From assembly GCA_012295275.1 (NCBI GenBank), contig CM022672.1:10726001-10790000 (forward strand): a DNA stretch of 64,000 bases, written 5' to 3'. The notes under the pieces are model-generated. The model worked only from the letters and a program-made list of their open reading frames with translations. It was not told where the DNA came from and did no database searches. The stretch comes from Chrysomallon squamiferum (Eukaryota; Animalia; Mollusca). The translations under genes and the position numbers were made by a program. Positions 31,185 through 44,202 of the stretch are shown here, in pieces; position 1 is the first letter of the stretch, and every line of letters starts with the position of its first letter.

Positions 31185-31489
31185 TCCCATTGTATTTTTA
31201 AGCAAGTATTTTTAATATTTAAAAAAAAAAAAAATAGTATTTCCAATCCTTTTGATGATTTAAAAAAAAAAAAAAATTTAATATTTTTTTTTTATCTTAT
31301 TAATATAAATATCTCATTTAAAAATAATGTTATAATAACTGTAGCCATGCTGAATAGACGAATAGAAATTCGTAATTTCTCAAGTCAGTATACTTAAACT
31401 CTGTAGTGAACTGACCTATTTCACATATTTGTACAAATAAGCAGTTCTAGCTTTCATCGACATTGATAACACAGTTCTATGAAATACTC

Positions 31490-31545
<56 letters not shown>

Positions 31546-31794
31546 TTAGTTCATTTCTTTTAAAAATAATTATGCTTTGAGCATTTTATTTTGTCACTTC
31601 GTTATAAATTTCTTATAAGATTTTATTTCTATATTTTCTACTAATTGGAAATTATTTATTATTAATTTCTGTGGGTTATCATGTATTTAATGTATAAACA
31701 TGTTATTATGGAAGATATTTAATGTTATTGAGATTACACAATGAGATTCATATGTTATTAAGATTATCCTGTTAAATATATTTTTTAAACAGAT

Positions 31795-32010
31795 ATGCTG
31801 TGAAGTATTTAAAATCTATTACTGAGGTTGTGCTGTGAAATAATTAAAATACATTAATGAGGTTATGCTGTGAAATGTTTAAAATAGATTAATGAGGTTA
31901 TGCTGTGAAATATTTAAAATACATTTCATTGCAAAGGTTTTGCTGTGAAATATTTAAAATATATTACTAGGTTTTGCTGTGAAATATTTAAAACACATTA
32001 CAGAGGTTAT
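31795..32010. repeat. ~35-bp minisatellite, ~6 copies
   Basis: Unit gaggttatgctgtgaaatatttaaaatacattaat. Confidence 0.9.
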
Positions 32011-33549
32011 TTAATATGGTACCAAGGTTATAATATGTAAGATAATGAAATGAAAAGCTATATATATATATATATATTTATATATATAATTATATTTATT
32101 ATATATCAGTAAGGCCATACAGTGAAGTATTTAACATTGTCATTACACTGAAAGATAGTTTGTTATCAATACATTCTGAAAAGTCTTTTATTTCTGTTAT
32201 AAAAATATATACTGTTAAACTGCTAATTTACAAAATATCCAGCAGTATCTTCAATTTATCCAGAACAATCTAAACTCGTTCACTTAGACAGAATTAACTC
32301 AATGGCTCTTGGTAAGAACTGTCTTTAAAACATGTTCCGGTCATCATAAGGATGAACTGAAAAACACTGCAAGCAGTCTGCTATGTGGCCTGTGACATTC
32401 ACTCTGGGCATTATAAAATGTTCTCATTAAGTAGCAATCCGTGGGGAAGCCATTAATATTAACAGATAAATGTGAGCAGGCTGGTCTTTGTACAAACATC
32501 TACAAGACTTTAATCAGTCGGTGCGCACCAGTTGAAAAGTCTTCTTTGTTGGTTTTTTTGTTCTTGTGTGTGTGTTTGTTTTTTCCTTTCATTGTTAGAG
32601 TATAGTAAACATTTTCTTCTGTTGAAAGGTATTATGGATTTTTTATTGTTCTGTTGATTGTGTTTGTTTCATTTTGCATCTTTCTCTCTTTACTGTGTGA
32701 TATATATGTCTGTCTTTTCATATATCTGTCTTCATATCTGTCTGTCTCTTTTTTGTGTCTGTACATCTCTGTTTGCATGTCTGTCTTTGTGCCTCTGTGT
32801 CTTTTTTCTTACATATGTCTGTCATATTTTGTTTCTGTCTCTCCTTTTGTGAGTTTGTATGTCTTAACATATGTCTCTCTTTCCATGTGTCTGTGTATCA
32901 CTGTATCTGTGTGACAGTCAGTCCATGTGTTAATTTTCTGATAGATGAATAGTGACTGTTTGATAGTTTGATTCTCTTGGTGTGATATCTTGAGTTTGTC
33001 TGTTTCCCTGGCTTCTATCAAATTTTAGTCTTTCTGTTGGTGTTATAAAAATTGTTGTTTTTGTTAAGAAGGTCTTGAATGTTATGATTTCATTCTATTT
33101 TATTTTATATTTGTAAAATACAGTGATGGAGAATGATAAAACAGTATTACTACAAATACTTCTACAACTACTATTATTATTACTACTACTGCTACTGCTG
33201 CTACTATTATTGTTAAAATTATTACTACTACTATCACTATTATTTTTATTATCATTCTTCTTATTATTATTAATATTACTATTATTATTTAAAGTCACTG
33301 AAGAAGAAAAAGTAGTATATTAGTTAGTAGTAGTAATTATAGCATTAATATTATGTTTTTGAATTTCATTCTTTTCCATCTGCAGTAATTTTCACCCAGC
33401 ATTCTTTATTTTTCTGTTTTCAGATTTACTATGGAAATGTTTCTGGAATCATCATCTGTGACTTTTAAAGAAGATGCAATCAAGGGAGGGAATTAATTAT
33501 ACCACAATGTGTCTGTAATTTGGTTTCATTATCAGACATCACCACCAGC

Positions 33550-33601
33550 ATGGCAGGATGGACAAGTCTTTCTGGATACCTCTTTTTCAAACAAGGGGGA
33601 G
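33550..33601 (+). CDS. PH-domain protein (TBC1D2/Armus-like, tentative), first coding exon: MAGWTSLSGYLFFKQGG
   Basis: ATG at 33550 in context ccagcATGG. 17 codons + 1 nt, then donor GAG|GTAAAT. LSGYL-x-x-K is a typical PH strand beta1. Phase 1 joins 38194 in frame. The exon probably starts at acceptor ttttctgttttcag|33424 (alternative ttatcag|33536). Confidence 0.85.
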
Positions 33602-33680
33602 GTAAATACAGTGCATTCTTTTAGAGTTATCTGCATTTTAAAAAAAGATTAAGTTACCTTTTTATTTATTTTTTTTTTTA

Positions 33681-33726
<46 letters not shown>

Positions 33727-34147
33727 TGGAATTACATATGATTCTCTCTATAAATATAATTATATATTTTTTAGAATTATCTGCAAATGATTCTTCTTTG
33801 TCATTACTCAAAGACCTGTTGTTGTTTTTTGTTTTTTTATCTTTGTTGCTCAAAGAAAATCATATGACAGTTTTAGACCAGAAAGCCTAACTATTTAAAA
33901 ATATTCTGTAGTTAAGCTGTTTGAATATGAGATTCAATATAAAATGGCATGACTTTTACAATACTGATACTATATTATACAAGATTTAAACCATGTAATA
34001 AAATGATATTTACAATAGTACTACCATAACATATACTGTTTATGACATACCATGCAACATGTTGTGACATGTACAGTATTGATATTATATCATAAAACAT
34101 GTATAACATATCATAGTATGATATGATGTACCATACAAGAAGATACA

Positions 34148-34690
34148 GGGTCATTCCATGTCAAATAACCATAATTCTGAGGAAATTTGGTTTGTACCAA
34201 TTTTAATTTGCATTATTTGAAATATTTCTTATAAAATGCCTTCAAGGCTTTAGCCATGTTACAACCATGCACTAAAATAACTTAAAGTCTATACAAGCCT
34301 ATTGCAACCTGGTACATTTGTTTACATTAGTATCAAAATGGGCATTTAATGGTATTTTACTTGAGGTCATTTCAAAGTCAATTTGGCCACAAGGTCAAAT
34401 TCACGGTCAAACAAAAGATCAAAAGATTACCAAAACAATAAGAGATTTGGAATCTTTACCAAATTCCAATAACAGCAATTTCATCAAATTAGACCCATTG
34501 GTTAACAAAATGTCAGTCTAAAAATTGGGGGCATGCCCATTTTTTTTATTTTTTTTTGGCACAAAAATCCAAGGGTCTATATCTCCAAAACAGAAAACTA
34601 AGATGATGTTATGCAGTAAATCATTGTGTTCACAATGGTACATTAACAAAACAAATCCTCTTTTCATAAATAAAAGAAATTTGTATTCCA
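34148..34690. mobile_element. Possible non-autonomous DNA transposon remnant
   Basis: Abrupt start GGGTCATTCCATGTCAAAT and non-microsatellite sequence with words common in invertebrate MITEs (tttcatcaaattagaccc, tatatctccaaaac). No matching TIR found. Confidence 0.3.
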
Positions 34691-35320
34691 TAATAATTCG
34701 GTATCATAAAAACTATAAGAAGAAATGGAAGAGGATTTGTGTTAGAATTATTTTGTATTGATTAATTACAATGGGTTTTTTTTGTTAGTGACTGTACAGA
34801 GAATCATTAAGTTTTTGTTTGTTTTGTTTGTTTCTTATTTTGTTTTGTTTATTTTAAATTTTCTGATGGGATGTTCTTTCGTAGTAAAATAGTTTACTGT
34901 TCTATGAATATGTAAAAGTCAGTTTTATCAGCTTTTATTTTTTCAAATAGTGTTAAAGCAAATATGTAAGGGAATTGGTTTCTGTGATTTTACATCAGTT
35001 ATTACTGTGTGTTCTCCTTCTTATTACTGGTCTTGAGCTATGTGTTTGCATATGTATGTGTGTTGAAGAGAGAGAGAGAGAGAGAGAGAGAGATCCTTTG
35101 TTAAGCATTTAATATTTGGTATTCTCATTCCAACTGAAATTTTTCCTGTATATAGATTTTTTGCAGCTAACTGAAATGTGTATCTCTTAAATGCTGTGTA
35201 ATGTGGGGTTTTTAACATTGTTGTCATTATTATAATCATCATCATCATAATTGTTCTTATTATTATTATTATTGTTGTTGTTGTTGTTGTTTTATTATTA
35301 TTGTTGATTGTTGTATTATT

Positions 35321-35418
<98 letters not shown>

Positions 35419-35924
35419 GCTGTTGTTATAGAAACCATAAGAAAAACAGTAAAAAGCGACAGTAAGGGATCAAGGTTGTGGCTGTGACAGCTGTTTGGCT
35501 ACAAGCAGCTGCAGCCAATTTAGCCATTAATACAGTTGTTATTTTCTCACTTTCCCTCAATAAACAACAACAACAACAGACAGCCCTTCGCACTCATCGA
35601 TATTCATTATCATCAGAAACTTTCATTAATTATTTTTCATGTCAGTGCACACTTTTTCCCTGTCTCATTTCACACCCAGCACAAGCCTGGAGCACATTTA
35701 AAGCTAAAAAAAAAAAAAAAAAAAATTTTTTAAAATCACTGCAAGACTGGTATGTACTTCATAATCACTAGAACTTCATTTTAAACTTCATTTTCTTATC
35801 TTAAGTAGTATAATCATGAAACATATAAAAGAGATTTTGCTGCTCTCACTAAAAAGGTTTTTTATTTCCTTTGTTGTGTAAAAGAGATGTTGCAGCTTAC
35901 TGAAAAACTTTGCTATTTCTCGTT

Positions 35925-36385
35925 CATATAAAAGATGCATTGCTGCTAAAATGTTTATTATAAAAGATGCATTGCTGCTAGGTATTTAATATAAAAGATG
36001 CATTGCTGCTAAACCATTTAATATACAAGATGCATTGCTGCTAGAGATTTAATATAAAAGATGCATTGCTGCTAGGTATTTAATATAAAAGATGCATTGC
36101 TGCTAGTTATTTAATATAAAAGATGCATTGCTGCTAATTTAATATAAAAGATGCATTGCTGCTAGTTATTTAATATAAAAGATGCATTGCTGCTAGATAT
36201 TTAATATAAAAGATGCATTGCTGCTAAAATGTTTATTATAAAAGATGCATTGCTGCTAGATATTTAATATAAAAGATGCATTGCTGCTAAAATTTAATAT
36301 AAAAGATGCATTGCTGCTAAAACATTTAATATAAAAGATGCATTGCTGCTAAAACATTTAATATAAAAGAGAAATTGCTGTTTAC
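35925..36385. repeat. ~30-bp minisatellite, ~15 copies
   Basis: Near-invariant core tataaaagatgcattgctgcta with short variable linkers. Confidence 0.97.
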
Positions 36386-37046
36386 AAAAAGAAATAGTTT
36401 TTGTGTCATTTAAAAGAGACATGGTTGCTTTTTGGGAAATAAATACTTTTTTCCTGAATCATAAAAAAAGAAGCATTGCTGTGTATTAAAAAAATATCTT
36501 TAATGAGGTATTGCTACTAACGATAAAAAAATGGCTTTCCACTTTTTATTTAGTGTAAAATAGCAATTACTGCTAAATACAATTTTTTAATTTTCTTTTC
36601 TCTGTGCCATTTAAAAGCAATATTAAGCAATATTTTACTAAGAAAAAAATAATTTTTAAACTTGAATCATGTAAAAGAGAAATTGCTACTTACAAAAAAA
36701 AATATATGTAAGTTAAGACATATCCATGTAAATGTATTATTAAACAAAATCTAAATTTTCAGGCAGACATTAAGAAGGTTTTTTTTTTTTTTGTGGAAGT
36801 ATTTTCAGTTGTAAAATCATGAGGGTTTTCAAATGTGGGATTTTTTTGATATTTTTTAGCCAAATATTTTTCTGGGAGTTTGTTTTGGGATTTTTTTTGT
36901 TTTGTTATTGTTGTAATTTTGTTTGTGCAGTATTTGATTTTGTACATATCAGTATTACACATAGTAACAGCTTAGTTCAGTATCAGTTTGATTCTAGTGT
37001 TAGTGTTTTATAAAAGTAATTATTGTTGTTAATATTGAATTTTTGA

Positions 37047-37165
37047 CATGGGTTACTCCCATTAATTAGCAACAAGAATCTGTTATGCATACCTTCCCAT
37101 AGAGATAAAAAAAATAGCAAATAACAGTGCCTTTCACAAATCTGGCTGGAACGGGAAATTAACCA
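37047..37165 (-). mobile_element. Decayed SINE-like fragment
   Basis: ttagcaacaagaatctgttatgcataccttcccatagaga...ctggctggaacgggaaat is homologous to the arms at 42023-42076 and 42195-42293. Confidence 0.55.
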
Positions 37166-37678
37166 GCAGTGTTTCCAAAGAAGAAAAGTATGTACTTCTT
37201 ACCTTTCCAAATCTTAATCATAGACTGTGCTGAGTATTGAACCAGCAACTTGATGAAGCTCAGCCATATGATGTAACCATTGAGCAACAGCCTGTTCTAA
37301 AAAACCTGTTTTTATCTTGACATCAAATTCTATGATTTCGTGGCTCTGTTGAATTTGCCATTATACTGACAAGATAAAATATTCTAATGTGAAGCAGCTG
37401 AATATTTGTTTTTTTTAATTTGGTTTTAAGCTATTAAATCAAAAAAAAAAAAACCCTGTAGAATAGATTTCAGTGAAGTGTTTTGTTCTGAAACATCAGC
37501 TTTGTTTGAGCAACAGGACATATTGAGCTGTTTTATGAAAAAACTAAATACTTGTTATTCTAATGCAAAAATCAATCATGAATTCAGTCCTGTTTTCTCT
37601 GTGGGTTTTTGTTTTGTTGTTGCTGTTGTTCATTTGTTTGCTGGAGTATTTTTTATTCTTGTTCTTGTGTTTACTACT

Positions 37679-37721
<43 letters not shown>

Positions 37722-38193
37722 TAATATTTTTTTTATTTATTTATTGGTAGGTTTTTTTTTTAATTATTTATTTGTTGTTCATTTTTTTTTTTTCATTCTG
37801 ATTAGAGTTATTTTTTATTTTATTTTTATCTTTTTTGCATGAGTTCTTCATTTTATTTCATTAGTATTTTTTTTTTAAAGGAGATTTATTCAATTAAGTG
37901 CTGTTTATTCTGGTTAGTGTTTGTGTTTTGGAGATATTAAATTGTCAGATTCAATTAATTTCTTTTGATTTCTCTATTTTTTTTATCTCTGTTGTTTTCA
38001 TTTTTCTCTTTTTGTCACTACCTTTCTCTTTCTCTCTCTTTCTTCTCTCTATTACTTTCTCTCTTTCTCTCTCTCTCTGTTTGTCTCTCTCTCTCTCTTT
38101 CTTCCTCACAAACAATCCTCATCAAAAGGATTTATTTTTATAATAAACTAAAGAGAACGTTCACTTGTACTTCTCTCTCTCTCTCTCTCACAG

Positions 38194-38371
38194 CCCTGGG
38201 AAGGCTGAAATCACGAAAAAAGATGTGGTGCACCCTGGAGGAGAGCAAACATCAGCTGCAGTATTACAAAGATGGCAGCCGAGCAAGTAACAAGGAGCCA
38301 GAGGGGAGCATCAACCTGAAGGGAGCAGCCATTACTCTAGACCTTGACAATGACAACCAGTTCATCATCAT
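38194..38371 (+). CDS. PH-domain protein, coding exon 2 (ALGRLKSRKKMWCTLEESKHQLQYYKDG...EPEGSINLKGAAITLDLDNDNQFII)
   Basis: Acceptor is a (CT)n tract + cacag; donor AT|GTAGGT; 178 nt, phase 1 to 2. Much more GC-rich than the flanks. PH core motifs W-x(8)-LQYYK and P-x-GSI-x-L. Matches the C-terminal part of track ORF 37965..38375. Confidence 0.93.
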
Positions 38372-39112
38372 GTAGGTTTCTACTTAATTTTTTTTATTGT
38401 TCTTGTTGTTAATATAAATTTATTTTATAAATTTTTATCTAATGGTATTAATTCATCATCATGTATGTTTCTATAATATTTTTAACTTATTTTATTTTTC
38501 ATTATTTTTCACACACACACACACACACACATTTCAAAGTTATTAATGTTTATTAATTCATCATTATATATGTTTCTGTAATCATTTTTTGTTGTTGATG
38601 TTGTTGTTGTTTTTGTCAAATGTTTATATTCAAAATAATAATTATTTGTTACATTTTTATAAATTATTTTAACATTTTTCCTAATGTTGTTAATATTTAC
38701 ATTCATATTTTATAATTATGGAGAGTTATATAAATTTCTGTCTTATTTTATTATGGCAGTCAAAGATTATTGAATGAATTTATACATATACATAAAGATA
38801 CATTCACATATTACCCAGAAAAATAAACTCACATGCTTTATAAGCTATAAAATTAGTATTACTGCCAATATTTTGTTTTCATTTATTCATAAACCCATCT
38901 TGAACTAATTTTCCTAAGTAATTTACATGTTAAGACAATCACATACGTATATGCAGAGAATAAAGCACACACTTGTAAACTCACACAAACATTCACCATA
39001 GAAACTTACTCACTAATCTGTAAACAAAAAAAACAAACAAAAAACAATAACACACAAAAACAACTCTCTAATCTCCAACAAGATCAATGAGTCCATTTAG
39101 TAGTCAGAGAGT

Positions 39113-39237
39113 TGACCTTCACCTTTGACCCACATTTAAAAACCAGCACGGGGTGGGGGGGACCACAGCCTACTTTTCCTGGAGCCTGATTTACATTAAC
39201 AACCTGACATTAGAGATAAACGTAAAGGTGAAGGTCA
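39113..39237. promoter_or_regulatory. Pair of inverted nuclear-receptor-type direct-repeat elements
   Basis: TGACCTTCACCTTT (39113-39126) and its exact reverse complement AAAGGTGAAGGTCA (39224-39237), built from AGGTCA-type half sites. Confidence 0.45.
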
Positions 39238-39908
39238 CAGGAATCTACCTGGGAGTTGTACTGACATGTGCAGATAATGTAAGAAATACAAAACACTGTC
39301 AGCTGGACAGTCCCGGCGTGGCCTGGACACACTGTCAGGACACTGACCAGGCCCCCACCTGTGAGTGGACAGAAACGAAGTCGAATTTGACTGCAGCGAT
39401 AAACACCAGCGTCTGCTAGGGTATCTATGGTGACGGAACTGTTTATCCAGTTAGTGCCATGGTGACAAAGCGGTTAATCCAGACGGTTTTACTGCCTACC
39501 GATATATAAAACAAATCGCTTGTGGTATTCAGTCATCATCGATTTTATTAACTGATAAACCTTGATTTGGTTGCTTTCTCTTCTCTACAACACATATTGA
39601 TATCTGATTGATTCGTCACTGAATGTGGTATGAGGTCATAACCATTGCGTCCATTATTTTTTTCATGAATACAGAACAACTGTGCATGCAGTAAATGAAA
39701 AATGTGATTGTGTTCATTATTTTTTTTTTTTTCATGAATACAAACTCACTTGGTATGCAGCAAAGGAAAACAATTGTGTTCATTATTTTTCATGATATGC
39801 AGTAATGTCCTATTATAGTGTCAAATGTTATTTATTTTTAATTAATCTAATTAATATTTGTACCTGATCAATTCAGTTGTTGTAAACATCATGTTACTGT
39901 ATTAAATG

Positions 39909-40198
39909 CAGGGGCAGATTATGTTTTAAGCAATGGAGGTGGGTTTTCTGAAAACAGTATGTAAAAGTTATGATTTGAAATATGTTTTACAGTGTTTGTC
40001 TATTCAAAGACTTTGTCATTGCTATCTCTTCACTGATGTTTGCTGCTGTATTCATTGCATTTGCAAACCAAACTGGATGCTATTTGAAGGGTACACACAT
40101 GCAGACATTAATTTTTTTTAGTTACTTTTTTCTTCTTCTTCTTCTTTTTTAGATGGGAGGGGTTCCATGCACCTGGGAACCCCCCCATATCCTACCTG
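39909..40198. mobile_element. Possible decayed MITE
   Basis: Imperfect termini CAGGGGCAGAT ... ATCCTACCTG, with a subterminal hairpin GGGGTTCC/GGAACCCC at ~40159-40183. Confidence 0.3.
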
Positions 40199-40374
40199 TG
40201 TAAAATGTTAATTATGGGTCTGTTGTCAATGAGCATACAGTGAAAACACACTGAACTCATAAATGTTTATTATTAACAGTTGATTAACCTTCTTGAATCC
40301 ATAGATAACAAAGCATAAAGAAATATTACACTGTTGTTTTTATTATTTTTAAATCTGTATTGATTTTTTGGGTT

Positions 40375-40750
40375 ATAAATCTGTAAAAAAAAAAAAAAAA
40401 AAGGATTTAATTTGTAATTAGTTTTTATAAATCTGAAATTATTTTTGGTAAATCTGTAATTATTTTTTTTTATTAATTTGTAATTATGTTTTATAAATTT
40501 GTAATTATTTTTCACAAGTTTGTAATTTTTTTTATGTATATATATCTGTAATTATTTTTCATAAATCTGTATTTATTTATCACAAATTTGAAATTTTTGA
40601 TTAAAAATTGGTTATTTTTTTAAAATTGTAATTATTTTTTTATAAAATTATAATTATTTTTTATAAAATTGTAATTATTTTCTTAATAAATCTGAAGTTA
40701 TTTTTCATAAATCTGACGATATTTTTTAATAAATTTGTAATTATTTTTCA
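40375..40750. repeat. ~21-bp AT-rich minisatellite
   Basis: Unit ataaat(t/c)tgtaattatttttt. Confidence 0.85.
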
Positions 40751-41399
40751 TGACTCTATTATTACAGTCACTCAATTTGACATCAAACTGCTGTATTAAC
40801 AGTTGATCAGTCTTCACGAATCTACAATAACCTCAGTGAAATGGTTTCATGTTAAATATTAATTATTTTACACAAATCTATCATTCCGATTTATGTACAG
40901 TGAAATTACACTACTTTAATAATACTTGTTTATTTTTCACAGACTGTCTGTGTAGAATTGTTTCCAGTTTTGTTTTGATGAAGAGTAACAAGTTCAGAGT
41001 TCTAATCCCTTTGCATGCCAGATATCATTCTTAATAACTTCATAAAATTGATCTCTAGGGTTTTTTTCATTTTAAGTTAGTCATTATTTTAAAATAAATA
41101 AAATAATATTATTTTATCTATTTATTCATTTTAAAATAATGACTAACTTAAAAAAAAGATCAGTTTTATTAAGTTATTAATATTTCAAACCTGATGGGTC
41201 AGCAAAATATTAACATTTCAGGCAATTTAAATTAAAAAAATTCAAATATTTACCTTAAGTCCAATTTCATATTAACATACGCCCTTGTTTATTTTATAAA
41301 ATGAATAACTAACAAAATCTATAAACGACAGAACTGAAATGAATATAATATACATATGAGCACACATGTGTGCATATATATATATATATATATATAATA

Positions 41400-41432
<33 letters not shown>

Positions 41433-42022
41433 ACATACATGTGTCTGTCTGTGTGACCACTTTAATTATATATTTTTTTTATTATTTATGCCGGTGACTA
41501 TTGTCACATAGTGCAGAGATAATGAGTTATGATTTGAACTTATATTTCATTCAGATAGCGAGAGAGAGAGAGAGTGAGTTCATGATGAAACTGCCAGCAA
41601 ATTCTGTTAATATCTTTTCGAAGATATTTCAAAGAAAAACCAAAGAAATTTATTACAACTGAAGCAGAATATTGGAAAATTAATTTCATCTGCAAGTAGA
41701 AAATGCAGGCAACGTTTGCATGCGACTATAGCTACACGCTACACTCATTTCATTTTCTCTTTATTTTCACATAAAAGAATGGCAAGAAAAATTCATTTAA
41801 TCAAGAACATGCTTTCAGGCAAAATATTATATTAATAAAGTTGGACATTTTTTTTTTTTTTATTATCTATTTTTCTAACTCTTTCCTTATTCAGTACTGA
41901 TTCTAAAAATATCTTCTTTTTGATTTTATCTTTCAATTTGCAAGAAAATCTTGTTTATAAGGAAGAGGAAAACATTTTTTCTTTTTAAATATATAGTCAG
42001 TGGTCTAAACTTTTTTTTTTAC

Positions 42023-42293
42023 TAGCAACAAGATATTCTTAATATACACCATCACATAGACAGGATAGTATACACCTAGCTCTTGTAATTACAAAGAGTT
42101 GTACTTGAAAACACTTTACAAAGCAGTCTGCAACTCCCTAGTTAAAGCACCACTGCAGGTTATGCACATTAATCCTCTTAAATGTACTTAAAGAGTTTTT
42201 TCCCATTCCAACCAACCATCTCGTAATCAGAATGTTGTGGTATGTGCCATCCTGTTAATGGCATAATATGGTTATAAAAGATTCTTGCTGCTA
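42023..42293. mobile_element. Decayed fold-back element made of two inverted SINE-core-like arms
   Basis: Arm 42023-42076 is an imperfect reverse complement of 42239-42293 (ggtatgtgccatcctg...tataaaagattcttgctgcta). The motif resembles Nin/Deu-type SINE cores as I recall them. Confidence 0.55.
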
Positions 42294-42738
42294 ATTGGAA
42301 AAATCTTAATTAAGTAACAAATATTAAATGTTTTACCAGTCAAAGTTAATCCATCATGTAAGTGTTTCATTAAAAAAAATAATAATAAAAAAAAAAAAAA
42401 AATGTATACCTTTCTTTTTAGATTTTTATTTTACTAGATTTTGCACCTACATATATGAAGTATATGAATCAAAAGATGTAGACTGTAATCAGTATTTCCC
42501 CAAAGTTATGATACAATAAACAAAATTAAGGTTATGTTATCTGTAAAACAAATAAAGTGGGTTTATTGAAACTGCAATATTTAATGGTTTAGTGACTACT
42601 GACTCAGTCTTTATATAATATTTGCTTTTCTCAGAATAATGAGAGCTTCTCTTTATTATATTATTATTTATTATTGTTATTATTACTGTTGTTGTTGTTG
42701 TTGTTATTATTATTATTATTATTCACTGTTGTTGTTGC

Positions 42739-42782
<44 letters not shown>

Positions 42783-42872
42783 GAATTTTTATTGATTTTA
42801 TGAAAATGATTATATTATTATGTGTGGTTATAAAACATTTATATGTGTGTCTGTGCATGTATACATATATAG

Positions 42873-42922
<50 letters not shown>

Positions 42923-43303
42923 TTACACACCTACATGCAAATAAACCACACCATACAAAATAAACTAAGACATCAACATTTTAAAACTAATCAATATGGA
43001 GACACTAAAAAAACACTGTATCAGCAAATTCAAACAAACCACACACTACCTACCACTATGTATTCATCCTCTCCTCAGTTTTATTGACAGTTTTGTTTGT
43101 AACCAGGCGGCCAGCACAATCGTGCAAATATTAGCATTTACCCATCTCTTTCCTGTGTCGTTTAGTTTTCTTATTTTGAAAACTATTTACCACATCTCTC
43201 ACTTCCTAAATGCATTATCCTTTGGAGATTATTTCTGTTTGCGTCACGGTGGGCTTTGAAATAGCTTCTCCTTCATCTCAGTGACTAGCCAGACACCACA
43301 GTT

Positions 43304-43314
43304 ATGTCAGAGAG
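43304..43314 (+). CDS. Candidate minimal alternative first coding exon (M-S-E-R, joining exon 45883)
   Basis: ATG TCA GAG AG|GTGAGG is a strong donor in phase 2, matching 45883. A CpG-containing segment with TGCGTCA lies upstream (43100-43260). The phase match could be chance. Confidence 0.25.
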
Positions 43315-44091
43315 GTGAGGTGGGAATTAGGATTCTAACTTGTTAATGTGTTTATCTGCAACACTGAGAATGTCATCTGTGTGTGTGTTTGGTCTCTGAA
43401 GAGTGTGAAGTTGACATGTAGTAGTGATGGTGTTGCTGTTGTATTTTATTCTATTTACTGTTGTTGTTGTTGTTGGATTTGTTCATAAATAATGTACAGC
43501 AAGTGAGAGAAAAAAGGAGGATGGTGTTTTTTGTGTTACTTAGAAATATGTTACAAAAATATCATCAAATAAAACATAAAGCAGTTTTAAATACCAGACA
43601 AAGTAAAAGTTTTTTTTTAACTGTTAATAAACCTTTTTTCTGTTATTGTTCTGAACTTCAAGATACAGAGTTCCTAAATGTTTTTTAATTTGTTTTTTTT
43701 TCATGCAGTAAAGTTGATGTATGAAACTAAGACATAAATAAAGTTAATATTTTAATGTACAAAGACTGTGTAATTATGTAAGTAAGGGAAAATGATCCCA
43801 AAAAAACCCCAACCCCCCCAGCTTTTAGTACAGTAAGGGTGTCCTAACTTGAAAGTCATAAACTTCACATAAAAATATCAGTTTTCTCCTGCAGTCATGA
43901 AACTGAATAATGAAAGCAGTTATTTTTAGCTTTCTGTACAACCACCTGTCACCTATCAATAAACCATAATAAAGTAACCAACACAAACACTCTACACAGG
44001 CTGCTTCTCTTACTTCTCACTTTTTTTTCTCACTACTTTAGTTTATCATCCCTACTTCAGTTTGTCATCCCTACTGTATTTATTTCTTGAC

Positions 44092-44202
<111 letters not shown>

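Noticed and set aside
35925-36385. CRISPR-like look of conserved repeats with variable linkers (also 29083-29822 and 8138-8470)
   Set aside because: Linkers are under ~10 nt and related to each other, there are no unique spacers or cas genes, and the context is a eukaryotic intron.
37040-37060. tttgacatgg as a possible right TIR for the element starting at 34148
   Set aside because: Only about 10 nt match, and the adjacent sequence is better explained as the SINE-like fragment.
39153-39419. 88-aa ORF in the GC-richer intronic island
   Set aside because: It starts at a non-ATG codon, has no compatible splice sites or recognisable domain, and would interrupt the PH fold.
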